42,051 nt of DNA from Leptolyngbyaceae cyanobacterium (GTDB lineage: Bacteria > Cyanobacteriota > Cyanobacteriia > Phormidesmidales > Phormidesmidaceae): NCBI GenBank assembly GCA_050331235.1, contig JBHJHA010000038.1, forward strand, positions 1-42,051, read 5' to 3'. Shown here piece by piece: positions 30,294 to 40,012 of this stretch. The position numbers and the translations under genes were made by a program. Position 1 is the stretch's first letter. Each line of letters opens with the position of its first letter. The notes beneath the pieces were generated by a model. The model was not told where the DNA came from. It did not search any database and was given only the letters and a program-made list of their open reading frames with translations.

Positions 30294-30656
30294 CTAAAAC
30301 AAAGAGAGGGACGGCAATGCCTGTAAAATTTCCTGGGTAACTGTTGCTGACCAGCCGCCTTCGGCTTGTCGACCGGCAAGCAAGATAAACCGTAGGCTGA
30401 ACTGACGGGGCATTCCTTCTGCTTCCATCCACAGCTCAGCGGTCTCTTGCTCAACGGACAGCCGTTCTTCAGGCATGAGCTCAGCGGCCACCTCACCTAT
30501 AGTCTTAGCTAGCTGTCGGGCCAAGCGACAAAAGTCATTGAATTCACTGTCGGTCATTTCCACCGCCCAGCGATCGCCTCCCACTAATCCTTTAAAGACA
30601 GTGGCGTCTGGGTCATAGCCCAAACGCCACCCGTTGCCTTCTTTTAAGTGCCGCAC
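30294..30656 (-). CDS. DUF1818 family protein
   Basis: KEGNGWRLGYDP...GLVGGDRWAVEMTDSEF...GRQAEGGW; GTG start just after rpoZ. Confidence 0.85.
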   Translation of the reverse strand: MRHLKEGNGWRLGYDPDATVFKGLVGGDRWAVEMTDSEFNDFCRLARQLAKTIGEVAAELMPEERLSVEQETAELWMEAEGMPRQFSLRFILLAGRQAEGGWSATVTQEILQALPSLSLF

Positions 30657-30665
30657 AACCGCCGA

Positions 30666-30896
30666 CTACTCGCCGATGATTTCAGGCTGGGTCAGTTCGT
30701 CGGACATTTCAATAATGGCCCGGAGCACCGGTTTCATCCGAGGGTCGTCAAAAGCCTCAAATTCTTCAAAGCGGCGGCGCTGTGCCCGATTAGCCACTTG
30801 TACGGTGATGCGATAGCGGTTAAACGCGGCATTGATCAAATCTTCTTGCCGTCGCATGAGCTGATGACTGTCAAAGGGAGACGTATTTCTAAGCAT
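30666..30896 (-). CDS. rpoZ: RNA polymerase omega subunit
   Basis: [16 protein letters not shown]...[15 protein letters not shown], the cyanobacterial omega signature. Confidence 0.93.
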   Translation of the reverse strand: MLRNTSPFDSHQLMRRQEDLINAAFNRYRITVQVANRAQRRRFEEFEAFDDPRMKPVLRAIIEMSDELTQPEIIGE

Positions 30897-31114
30897 AGAG
30901 CCTGCTACATAGCTGTGATTTCATAGTATATCAAGCCCTATCCATTTCTAACGGGTCAAGCTGCCGCGCCCCTTGCCCTGTAGGACACTGTTGCGATCGC
31001 CGATTCTCGGGGGCGGCTGCCACCGCAATCATGGGGCCGCGATTTGAGTTAGGCTTCTAGCTCTCGTGGCGGGCTGACAGCCATTGATAATTGTCTTTTT
31101 GCTCGTTGAAATTC

Positions 31115-32020
31115 ATGAGTGATTCTTTACTTTCTCCGTCCGATGCGCTTTGGTCTCGCGTCTGCCAGACGACTCGTCAAGCGCTGGCATCAGGTGCCCT
31201 ACAGCCCATTGAAACCCAGCGCTTTGAGGTGATCGACGGGCAAATCGCTTTTACCGTGCGACTGATAGATAGCCTGGCGCGCAAAGAAAAAGCCCAGCAC
31301 AGCGGCGCGTCCCCAAGCAAGGTGGATAATCCTTTTCTGCCCTACGAGCAAGATTTGTTTGTAGCCAACCTATCAGCTACCCATGTCTGTTTGCTCAACA
31401 AATTCAACGTGGTTGATCATCACTTTTTGATTGTGACTCGCGAATATGCCTCACAGCAGGAGTGGTTGACCCCAGCCGACTTTGCCGCCCTTGCACGCTG
31501 TCTGCAGGAGATTAACGGGCTTGGCTTTTTTAATGGTGGGACCGCCGCTGGAGCAAGCCAACATCATAAGCATCTGCAATTAATTCCCCTGTCCGACACT
31601 ATTCCCATGGCTGATGTTATTCACCACCCTCCATTCCTGGCACAATGTGAGGCCAGCTGTCAGTTGCCGCTGCCCTTTCGCCACGGAGTCAGTCCTTTGC
31701 GAGGCTTATGGACTAATCAGGCTGATGCGGCTGTGGGACAGACATTGCATGAGCGGTATCGCGCTCTGATGACAAGTTTAGGTATCGACCCTGCGGCAGC
31801 CCAGCCGAATGCTCCTTACAATCTGCTCATTACTCGGGAGTGGATGATGGCCGTGCGGCGATCGCACCCCAGCTATCAGGGCATCAATGTCAACAGTTTG
31901 GGATATGCCGGCTGGCTTTTGGTCAAATCCACCGAGCAGCTAGAGCAGCTCCGGCAAATAGGTCCTCTCACCCTGCTGACCCAGGTCGGACTGCCGGTAA
32001 AGCCCCTCGATCAACTTTGA
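31115..32020 (+). CDS. ATP adenylyltransferase / Ap4A phosphorylase (Apa2-like)
   Basis: NPFLPYE, LLNKFNVVDHH, FFNGG..AGASQHHKHLQ, YNLLITREWM, VNSLGYAG. Confidence 0.9.
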   Translation: MSDSLLSPSDALWSRVCQTTRQALASGALQPIETQRFEVIDGQIAFTVRLIDSLARKEKAQHSGASPSKVDNPFLPYEQDLFVANLSATHVCLLNKFNVVDHHFLIVTREYASQQEWLTPADFAALARCLQEINGLGFFNGGTAAGASQHHKHLQLIPLSDTIPMADVIHHPPFLAQCEASCQLPLPFRHGVSPLRGLWTNQADAAVGQTLHERYRALMTSLGIDPAAAQPNAPYNLLITREWMMAVRRSHPSYQGINVNSLGYAGWLLVKSTEQLEQLRQIGPLTLLTQVGLPVKPLDQL

Positions 32021-32173
32021 AAAGGATTGCAAGGGATGCCCATATCGATGACGCTACCCACTTTATGGCCCATCCTCGGCATGCCTGAATCGGACTAGGA
32101 CGCATCAGGCGTATGATTCAAGTTTGTTGATTTGCAAAATCTTACAGCTGACTGGGCTGTCAGCAATGGGGAG

Positions 32174-32203
32174 AAAATAAAAAGCCGACTTATAAAAGTC
32201 GGC
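32174..32203 (-). terminator. Intrinsic terminator
   Basis: GCCGACTT-TTAT-AAGTCGGC-TTTTTATTTT on the minus strand. Confidence 0.8.
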
Positions 32204-32295
32204 CTGTAAAAATTAAGTTGCTCTCTCTAGTGGGAGGAAACAGCGTCTCTCAAAACACTGATGAAGCGGAATTTGCCGGTTCATTTCTCTCACCA
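32175..32295 (-). ncRNA. Candidate small RNA (or 23-aa small-ORF transcript)
   Basis: Minus-strand TACAAT -10 at 32302-32307; terminator hairpin with U-tail about 110 nt downstream; UUUCCUCCC motif inside. Confidence 0.5.
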
Positions 32296-32436
32296 AACAG
32301 CATTGTATCAAGCCGCACAGACTTTTTGTTATAAATCTTCAGGTTTTTGGATATTTGATGGAACAGTTATCAATCATCCCGGATTTACACGCATTTTCGT
32401 TGATGTGTTTATTGTCAAATGCTGACAAAAGCGGCT

Positions 32437-34206
32437 CTAGCGTACAGCTAAAGTCGGTTCAGAGGATGACTGTACGTTAATAATCGAAGCTTCAAACTGG
32501 GTTGGCTGCCCCCATAAAACCGTTTCATGCGTATAGGTAACCATGCCGGGAAGCGCCCCCTTCGGCTTGAAGACGTACCGAGGCTGAGTAAAAATGACGG
32601 GCACTTGGTCAGCTTGCTGAGCTCGGCTAAAGTAAGCGGCAGCGTTGGCAGTGAATTGTAAATCGTCATCGCTGGGTACTTGGCCTGCATCTAGGCGCAG
32701 CAAGACGTGGCTACCGGGAATCTCTTGGGTGTGGAACCACAAATCGTAGTCGGTAGCCGATTTGGAAATCAACAAATCATTTTGTCGGTTATTGCGACCT
32801 ACCCAAACCTCAAAGCCGTTGGGGGTCAAGAACTTACGGACATTGATAGCCGAGGACTGGGACTGAGGGCTGGGCCGATAGGTCGGGTCTTGCAAGTAGC
32901 CCTGCTGAATCAGTTCATCCCGAATTTCTTGCAAGGCAATCAAATCCAGCGCTTCCTCGTAGTGCTCAATTCGTTTTAGGGTGGTGTCTACTTGATCGAG
33001 ATACGATACCTCCGCCCGGACTGCATTCAGCAATGGCATAATTGCCTGGCGCGATCGCTTTAGTTTTTGATGCTTTTTGTACAGCGACTGTGCATTTTGA
33101 ATGGCGTTTTTATCGGGATCAAGGGAAACCTCGACGGGGTTACCAGTCTCAAAGTCAGCTAGGGTCATGGACCGCATCCCCGGCTGCCACTGATAGTTAT
33201 AGGCCATGAGGAGATCTGCTTGCTGGCGGTAGCGATCGGCCTCTTCTGCCTGGTCAAGGCGAGCCACAAAATTATCTTCCTTTTGCCGCAGCTTTTTGAG
33301 TAGCGTTTTGAGGCGCTGGGCAAGCTGATTTTGCAGTCGGTTAAATTCTTGGCGATTAAGCTGATCCCGATAATACCGCTGGAGCAACTGCTGTACCGTC
33401 TCAAGAGGATTACCAGTATCCACCAAAACTGAATAGCCTGAGTCTAACAGTCTGGCTTCGAAGTTACCCGATTCTAAGCGGTGAAGCCACGCCTGCCACT
33501 GCTCAAATAATCGCTGCCAGTCTGCCGCAGTCAGGTCGGTGACAGCTTGTTCAAGGGAGACATCGGCCGAGGTCGCCAAATCTCGTAGCAGTGAGGAACT
33601 GAGACCACTGTAGGCTTTAAACAGGGCTTTTTTAAGCGTTGTGGGAATCAGAGAAACTCTTTCTTGCCAGCGCGCTTGGGGCTCTGATAAAGCAGGAAAG
33701 GGGCCCGGGATGGAAGGCGGCGCGACGTAGGGAGTGCCCGTTGCAATGGGGCGCACACTTGATTGCTTTTCAGAGACTTGGTGGGCAGCGGTCACAATCT
33801 GGTTTTGGCCGTTCACCAGGATGACGTTACTGTACTTGCCCATAATCTCGACATACAAATGCCATTCAACTGGGTCGCCGGGTCGCCGGGCAAAGCCCAA
33901 ATCAAGGGCCCGTTCCCAGGGCGCTAGGGGAGCGATGTTGACCAGGGCAAAGCCTCCTAACTGATGTTTGATTTGCTGGCTAAACGTGAAAGTGTCCGGA
34001 CCCTTGGGCGGCGGCGTATCCATGTGTAGACGGGCCGCTTGGGGATGCCAAGAAATCGTCAGCCAACCCCGCTGGCGAATCGTGCGCAACGCCAAGCAGA
34101 GGGTATGGGGATCGAGCTGAACCACCTGCTCACAGCGAGCCGGCAGCCAGGTTTGCTGTAGCTCAGCACCAACTGCCACTAAGGTCGTGAAATCTACGGG
34201 TTGCAT
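32437..34206 (-). CDS. rqcH: NFACT family ribosome quality-control protein (RqcH/FbpA-like)
   Basis: MQPVDFTTL, LYVEIMGKYSNVIL, NAQSLYK, VGRNNRQND, WFHTQEIPGSHV, KPKGALPGMV. Confidence 0.92.
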   Translation of the reverse strand: MQPVDFTTLVAVGAELQQTWLPARCEQVVQLDPHTLCLALRTIRQRGWLTISWHPQAARLHMDTPPPKGPDTFTFSQQIKHQLGGFALVNIAPLAPWERALDLGFARRPGDPVEWHLYVEIMGKYSNVILVNGQNQIVTAAHQVSEKQSSVRPIATGTPYVAPPSIPGPFPALSEPQARWQERVSLIPTTLKKALFKAYSGLSSSLLRDLATSADVSLEQAVTDLTAADWQRLFEQWQAWLHRLESGNFEARLLDSGYSVLVDTGNPLETVQQLLQRYYRDQLNRQEFNRLQNQLAQRLKTLLKKLRQKEDNFVARLDQAEEADRYRQQADLLMAYNYQWQPGMRSMTLADFETGNPVEVSLDPDKNAIQNAQSLYKKHQKLKRSRQAIMPLLNAVRAEVSYLDQVDTTLKRIEHYEEALDLIALQEIRDELIQQGYLQDPTYRPSPQSQSSAINVRKFLTPNGFEVWVGRNNRQNDLLISKSATDYDLWFHTQEIPGSHVLLRLDAGQVPSDDDLQFTANAAAYFSRAQQADQVPVIFTQPRYVFKPKGALPGMVTYTHETVLWGQPTQFEASIINVQSSSEPTLAVR

Positions 34207-34586
34207 TGAATTAAGTCTCACCTACGCACGCTAGCACCTCAGTCAAGCGGCGATCGCCGGGTACCTGCACTATATCCACTGTAACCAATATGTTACAAAT
34301 TACGCCTAGTTTCTGCTGTTTGGATGATAAGGCGAGAAATTTTCAAATTTGGTGCTTGTTGCTCAGTTTCTTTGTAGCTACCATGAAATTAAAGCATTTT
34401 GCAATTACACAGTGTCCTTTAAAGAAGGGCAAATTGCTAGTTGGCTCTGAGTTGCGTTGATGATTGCCCCAGCCGACCCAGCCCTTTGCTGTTCTGTTGC
34501 ATGATGTACTGCAGGCTACGCTCAATGTAGTTCGACCGACGACCGGTTTGATCGCTTTAGCTGGGACGTTTTCCTGGACTTAATTT

Positions 34587-34847
34587 ATGGATATTCGGCT
34601 GATCAATATTGGGTTTGGCAATATTGCCTCGGCAAATCGAGTTGTGGCGATTGTGAGTCCTGAGTCAGCGCCGATTAAACGGGTCATTTCAGATGCCCGC
34701 GATCGCAACCAACTCGTAGATGCCACCTATGGTCGCCGCACTCGAGCCGTCCTAATTATGGATTCTGGCCACGTCATCTTGTCAGCGATTCAGCCAGAGA
34801 CCGTTGCCCATCGATTTGTCAATCACAAAGAAGTGCAAAACGCGTAA
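34587..34847 (+). CDS. remA: RemA / DUF370 family regulator
   Basis: LINIGFGN...[10 protein letters not shown]...[13 protein letters not shown]...[12 protein letters not shown]. Confidence 0.93.
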   Translation: MDIRLINIGFGNIASANRVVAIVSPESAPIKRVISDARDRNQLVDATYGRRTRAVLIMDSGHVILSAIQPETVAHRFVNHKEVQNA

Positions 34848-34946
34848 GCCCGTTTCTTGAGGTCTTTATAAAGCTTCGGGGGATCTCCGGAGCTAGCGAT
34901 TGCCCGCGTGGAAAGGGAAAAGAGTCTACTTTCGCGATCGCACCTT

Positions 34947-35834
34947 ATGAACGGCCCTTCTTCATCTTTCCCAGTCGCCCCCCCGGCGACGGGAGATTCG
35001 ACTGTCATTTGTCATCGTCTTGCGGGTTACGACTTTCCTTGGGAACTGAGCCGATCGCTAGAGCTAGCGGTCCTTAAAACGTTTTGTGTGCCACGCATTT
35101 CTCAGTTACTCAGACAAACCGGAGAGTTTGAACATCGCACTCAGAAGCGGTACGACGATACCACTTTGATTTTTGGCAACATTCTCAAATGGGGCTACGA
35201 CAGTCCCCAGGGCAGTGCGGCCATCAAACGGATGAACCGAATTCATGAACGGTTCGACATTCCGAACGAAGACTTTCTCTATGTGCTGTCGACCGTCATT
35301 TATGAGCCCATTCGTTGGAATCACCGCTTTGGCTGGCGCTTATTTACCCAGGCGGAAAAACAAGCCCTGTTTGAATTTTGGCGAGCCGTGGGTGAGCGCA
35401 TGGGATTGCAGCAAATCCCTTCAACCTATGTGGCCTTTCTGAACTTTAACCAAACCTACGAGGCTTGCTATTTTGCTTATCACAGCAGCAACGCAGTGAT
35501 CAGCGATGTCGTATTGCAGCTTATGCAAACATGGTTTCCTAAAATTTTGCACCCGTTTGTGCCGACTGTTGTCAAAGTCTTAGTCGATGAACCTATGCGA
35601 GCAGCCCTCGGTTGGCGGCCCCCCCACCCGCTAATCGTCTACGGAATTGTGAATGCCCTACAGCTCCGGCGACGCATCGTTCGGCATTTCCCTCGACGTC
35701 GGCGCTCCCAGTTTGTCGTTGACCGAAGTAATCCAACCTATCCAACCGGCTATGACATCGAACAATTAGGGCCGCAGTCAGCACCGAGGACTTCCTCCAA
35801 ATGTCCCTTTATGCGGATGAAATCATTGTTGTAG
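34947..35834 (+). CDS. MpaB/DUF2236 oxygenase-like protein
   Basis: LRQTGEF...QKRYDDT, RMNRIH, NEDFLYVLST, FWRAVGERMG motifs; C-terminal KCPF. Confidence 0.85.
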   Translation: MNGPSSSFPVAPPATGDSTVICHRLAGYDFPWELSRSLELAVLKTFCVPRISQLLRQTGEFEHRTQKRYDDTTLIFGNILKWGYDSPQGSAAIKRMNRIHERFDIPNEDFLYVLSTVIYEPIRWNHRFGWRLFTQAEKQALFEFWRAVGERMGLQQIPSTYVAFLNFNQTYEACYFAYHSSNAVISDVVLQLMQTWFPKILHPFVPTVVKVLVDEPMRAALGWRPPHPLIVYGIVNALQLRRRIVRHFPRRRRSQFVVDRSNPTYPTGYDIEQLGPQSAPRTSSKCPFMRMKSLL

Positions 35835-35917
35835 GACAATTTCTCGGCAAATCGCTCTTTACAATGAGGTAAGGGCTTCACCTAATGGCTCCCTGCTGTT
35901 TGTCGCGATCGCTTACC

Positions 35918-36352
35918 ATGTCTGCATCATCTTCTGCCCGGCCAGCCTCCATTGAAAAGCTAGTTCAACGATTTCAAAAAGTGACTGACCCCAAGCGCCG
36001 CTATGAGCAGTTGCTTTGGTTAGCTAGAAAGCTGGAGAGCTTTCCTGAAGCGGAAAAAGTTGAGGCCAATAAGGTCAAAGGGTGCGTCTCTCAGGTTTAT
36101 ATAGTGGCCTCGTTGGAGGATGGCAAGCTCGCCTATCTAGGCGACTCTGATGCACAAATCACGAAGGGACTAGTGGCCTTTTTAATTCGTGGACTCAATG
36201 GCCTAACCCCCCAGGAAATTGTTGATCTATCCCCTGATTTCATTCAAGAAACGCAGTTGGATGTCAGCCTCACCCCTTCCCGCGCCAATGGTTTTTACAA
36301 CATCTTTAAATTAATGCAGGCGAAAGCCGCTGATTTTGTGGCCAATTCCTGA
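35918..36352 (+). CDS. sufE: Fe-S assembly sulfur acceptor SufE
   Basis: NKVKGCVSQV, DSDAQITKGL, LTPSRANGF. Confidence 0.95.
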   Translation: MSASSSARPASIEKLVQRFQKVTDPKRRYEQLLWLARKLESFPEAEKVEANKVKGCVSQVYIVASLEDGKLAYLGDSDAQITKGLVAFLIRGLNGLTPQEIVDLSPDFIQETQLDVSLTPSRANGFYNIFKLMQAKAADFVANS

Positions 36353-36393
36353 CTCGGTCTCTGGCGACCTGCTGCGATATCCGCATCATGATG

Positions 36394-37698
36394 CTATGCC
36401 CGTAAGCTACGGGGGATCTGGCTGCCAAGGGTCACTGCCCGAATGGCCATAAAGGTGGCTAGGCCTAGCCATAGGAGCGTTGGATTGAGTAGATAGCGCG
36501 CCGCCAAACCGATGGGTAAAAAGCCGATTCCCGTTGCTAGTAGAGTTGAATTACGCAGTAGCTTACCTGCAGTCAGTCCTAAAAAGTAGCCATCGAGCAA
36601 AAAGGCGATCGCTCCAAAACCCAAGGTCGGCAGTAGCCATCCCACCATTAAGGTAATCTGCAAAATCACAGACTCATGCTGAGTCATTAGCCCAAACAAA
36701 AATTGTGGGTATAAAACAAAGAGACTGGCTAAAATCAAACCCACTGCAACACTGGCGCTAAGTCCCCAAACGAGTAACTGCTGGAGTTGGCGAACATTGC
36801 CCGCCCCATAAAACTGACCGGCAAAACTCTCTGTGGCAAAGGCCAAACCATCTACGAAATAGGAAGCTAAGGTCACAACCTGCAACAACAACGTGTTGGC
36901 TGCCAAAATATCGCCGCCCAAAGCCGAGCTCCAGTTGGTAAATAGAGCAAAGCTCAGTAAGAGGGCAAAAGTTCGAATTAAAATGTCTCGATTGAGTGTA
37001 AGCACCGAAATCAGGGCTGCTCGCTGCCAAATTTGCGACTTGAGTTTCCTCAACGCGGCGGGGCGCACCTCAGCAAACACAAAGAGGAGCCCGACCACTA
37101 GCATCAAGTATTGGCTTAGTGCCGTAGCAGCTCCTGCCCCCGCACTCTCCCAACCAAGCTGGCGGATAAACCAATAGTCCAGCAAGATATTGCCACCGTT
37201 GCCAACTATCGACAGGACAATCACTCGTCGGCCCTGGCTACAGCCCAAAAAGCGTCCGAGTAAAACGTAGTTCATCAATACCGCCGGAGCTCCCCAAATT
37301 CGCGCTTTGAAAAAAGCTTCTCCCGATGACTGCACGGCAGGTTCGGCACTGAGGAGCCAAAACCCCATTTCCCGCAGGGGTACTTGCAGCAGTAGGATAG
37401 CCAAAGCTAGTCCAAGCGCCAGCAATGCATTGCGGATAAATAGTAAGTTAATCTCCGCCCAGTCATGCCGTCCAAAGGCCTGGGCCGTCAATCCGGTAGT
37501 GCCCATGCGTAAGAAGCCAAAGCTCCAATACACCATATTGAAAATGACTGCGGCGATCGCCACGCCCCCCAGATGATGAACCTCCGACAAATGCCCCAAA
37601 AAGGCCGTATCGATGATGCTGGCTAAGGGGACCATCAAGTTTGACAGAATGTTGGCGATCGCCAATCGCCCAAACTGCTTGAAGAAGAAAGAGTTCAT
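36394..37698 (-). CDS. MATE (DinF-like) efflux transporter
   Basis: NLMVPL...DTAFLGHL, FLRMGTTGLTAQAFG, LNRDILIRT, DGLAFATE, LDGYFLG. Confidence 0.92.
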   Translation of the reverse strand: MNSFFFKQFGRLAIANILSNLMVPLASIIDTAFLGHLSEVHHLGGVAIAAVIFNMVYWSFGFLRMGTTGLTAQAFGRHDWAEINLLFIRNALLALGLALAILLLQVPLREMGFWLLSAEPAVQSSGEAFFKARIWGAPAVLMNYVLLGRFLGCSQGRRVIVLSIVGNGGNILLDYWFIRQLGWESAGAGAATALSQYLMLVVGLLFVFAEVRPAALRKLKSQIWQRAALISVLTLNRDILIRTFALLLSFALFTNWSSALGGDILAANTLLLQVVTLASYFVDGLAFATESFAGQFYGAGNVRQLQQLLVWGLSASVAVGLILASLFVLYPQFLFGLMTQHESVILQITLMVGWLLPTLGFGAIAFLLDGYFLGLTAGKLLRNSTLLATGIGFLPIGLAARYLLNPTLLWLGLATFMAIRAVTLGSQIPRSLRA

Positions 37699-37811
37699 CG
37701 AAACACTATTCACCCAATTGGAGCCAGCATTACTTCAACAGCGTGACATTGATCTGGTTATCTGGGTTCTGGCTATCTAGGCCGCTCAGCATCAGAGGTA
37801 AACGCGGTCTA

Positions 37812-37843
37812 ACAAAAATCCCGCACTACCGAAATAGTACGGG
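37812..37843 (-). terminator. Intrinsic terminator after the PEP-CTERM gene
   Basis: Minus strand CCCGTACTA-TTTCGG-TAGTGCGGG-ATTTTTG. Confidence 0.7.
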
Positions 37844-37896
37844 TTAAGTTGATGAATTGGGCTAGTTGGGGGTTAGTCGCCCATTGACAGCTCAGC

Positions 37897-38751
37897 TTAA
37901 GCTTCCGTCATTCGTCGCATCCGTAAACCGAGACCGGCGATTGCAAACAAGCCTAAAACGGTAGTTGGTTCTGGAATCGTGGGCGTATCTTCATCCCACC
38001 GTAGTGCCGAGATCGCGCCGCTGCCGGGATAAATCACGTTGAGCTGTTTGACGCCTTGGGCATCAAAATTAAACCGATACAGGGAGTTATCACCGTTACC
38101 CTCGCTGAGCTGCACAGCTGAACTCTCGTCAAAATTCCACGAGCCAATCACTGTGTCGTTTTCGCCAATAGCTGTAAATTTGACCAGCTTATTGGCTCTA
38201 AATTCGTCAATGTCTAGTAAATCGATAGAGCTTAAGGAAACCGACTTTTCAAAGTCAAAGGAAATAGTACCACCACTGCCTTCATCATCAGGTTTCCAAT
38301 AGGCGTTACGCTCTTGAATAATTAGGACGTTACCAAGATCAGTGGAATAGTCTTGGTATTCCGTTTTGTAGGTCAGATAATCATCTCCTGTCAATAAGTC
38401 GTCGTCAAAAGCGCCCTTGAAGTCGCCATTATTCTTGCGCGCAGATGTACCATTGGCGTAATAATCAGGATTGGTGTTAAACAGTACAGCATCTTTTTTG
38501 TTAGTGCTAATACTGACACCAAAGTCCGCCAACCACTGATCGTTGACAGCAAAGTCGCTCTGACTGTAGTTTTCAGGTTTCTCCCAATTGCCAACAGCAA
38601 TCCCTAAGTCGCTGACGTCAATGAGATTGCCCTGGGAATTGCGGTCAAAGTCCAAGGTGTAGGTTGCTGCTTGGACGATTTCAGGGGATAAAGCAATTGC
38701 GCCCAAGCTTCCCAAAACGCTAGAAATCAGTAATGTTTTATGGTGTCTCAT
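37897..38751 (-). CDS. PEP-CTERM sorting-domain surface protein
   Basis: Signal peptide (VQA|AT); C-terminal IPEPTTVLGLFAIAGLGLRMRR. Confidence 0.92.
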   Translation of the reverse strand: MRHHKTLLISSVLGSLGAIALSPEIVQAATYTLDFDRNSQGNLIDVSDLGIAVGNWEKPENYSQSDFAVNDQWLADFGVSISTNKKDAVLFNTNPDYYANGTSARKNNGDFKGAFDDDLLTGDDYLTYKTEYQDYSTDLGNVLIIQERNAYWKPDDEGSGGTISFDFEKSVSLSSIDLLDIDEFRANKLVKFTAIGENDTVIGSWNFDESSAVQLSEGNGDNSLYRFNFDAQGVKQLNVIYPGSGAISALRWDEDTPTIPEPTTVLGLFAIAGLGLRMRRMTEA

Positions 38752-39224
38752 AAGCCTGCCATCCTATTTTAACTGGGCAGATGCACCCGGTAGTGGTCTT
38801 GCTAAGACATTAACGAGCTGTTAGATACACCATACAAACAGGCGAATTTGATTTGCATCAGTAATATTGACAATTTAAGTTGAATGAGCCAAATTATAAT
38901 ATTTCATTTCGCTGCTAAAAAGGCATGAAATAGATATTTTTAGTGGGGCAATTTATGTGGTTTCACTAACTGATAAATGAAAATCCATGAATTCCTCAGT
39001 GGTATATCTGGTTTCAATTCCTAAATTTGTGGACATCACTCGCTAGAGGTTCTAAAGCCTGATGGAGGTCAATTGCTCTCAGAGTCAGTGCTTGTTCGGC
39101 CTCACTGGTTGCACTCCTCGGCCAGTGACCTGCACAGAGGGGCCTGAAAGAGTAAATGAGCAAATGGACCTCTCTAAGTCCCCATCAAGGCGTCGAAAAG
39201 GACTGCCCCAAGCTTCCTGGTCGG

Positions 39225-39850
39225 TTAAGAGGGAATTTCAATGATGGTAAAAAATTCGCGATCGCCCTGGCATCCAGGCGGTTTTGGCTTGATTGGGCGT
39301 GACCGCCTCCATCGAAACCTCCCCCCGAAATACTATCAATGTCGCCTATTAAGTTGCTGACCCGATCCAGCGGATTGCTTTCCTCCAAACTAACGGGACC
39401 TCGGCTCGCCCGGCCGGGATCTACCTCGATGGCTTTTCGTGATTGCAGCAGGCCCTGTAGCGGCGGCTGGCTCACCGACGTGATTATTTCCATAATAAAG
39501 CGTATTGAATACCGATCTCTGTCACGGTGCGGTGCGATCAGCATTACCATTGTTGATCAAAGCCGCGTCAACAGGGGTATCGTATTGCGTTGGGTGCAGC
39601 ACAATAATTTCGCTGGCAGTATCGATGACAAGTACACTCAGGTACACCGGCAGTGGTTCCGCGTTGTGTACGCGGATTTGAAATGAATCCCTAGACTAGT
39701 AGGTATAGTCGGCCGAGGGAACGAGCGATCGCTGACTACCTCGACTCACCAAAGCGACCAATAGCCCCCTGACTGCTCGTGGCGAACATTGCGCCCGTCA
39801 CTGGCAAATTTGAGGAAGGCCAGTAAGTTAACGCAGAGCACGGATAACTC
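39225..39850 (-). pseudogene. Degraded remnant resembling the C-terminal (DUF4384-like) part of a cyanobacterial caspase-family protein
   Basis: Fragments in different frames: SFQIRVHNAEPLPVYLSVLVIDTASEIIVLHPTQYDTPVDAALI; SRGPVSLEESNPLDRVSNLIGDID; FTIIEIPS*. Family recognised from memory only. Confidence 0.5.
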
Positions 39851-40012
39851 GCAACCGTCAAAAATAATCATGCGGGGCTGCCTTAGCGGCGTAATTCTGC
39901 CCCTAAGCCTACGCACTAAAAAATGTCGGCTTGCTCAATCGCCAGTGATTTTGGGGATAGCAGAGCCGACACTTCATGCCTAATCGTGAGGCCCGTAGAA
40001 CCCAATCTCTGG

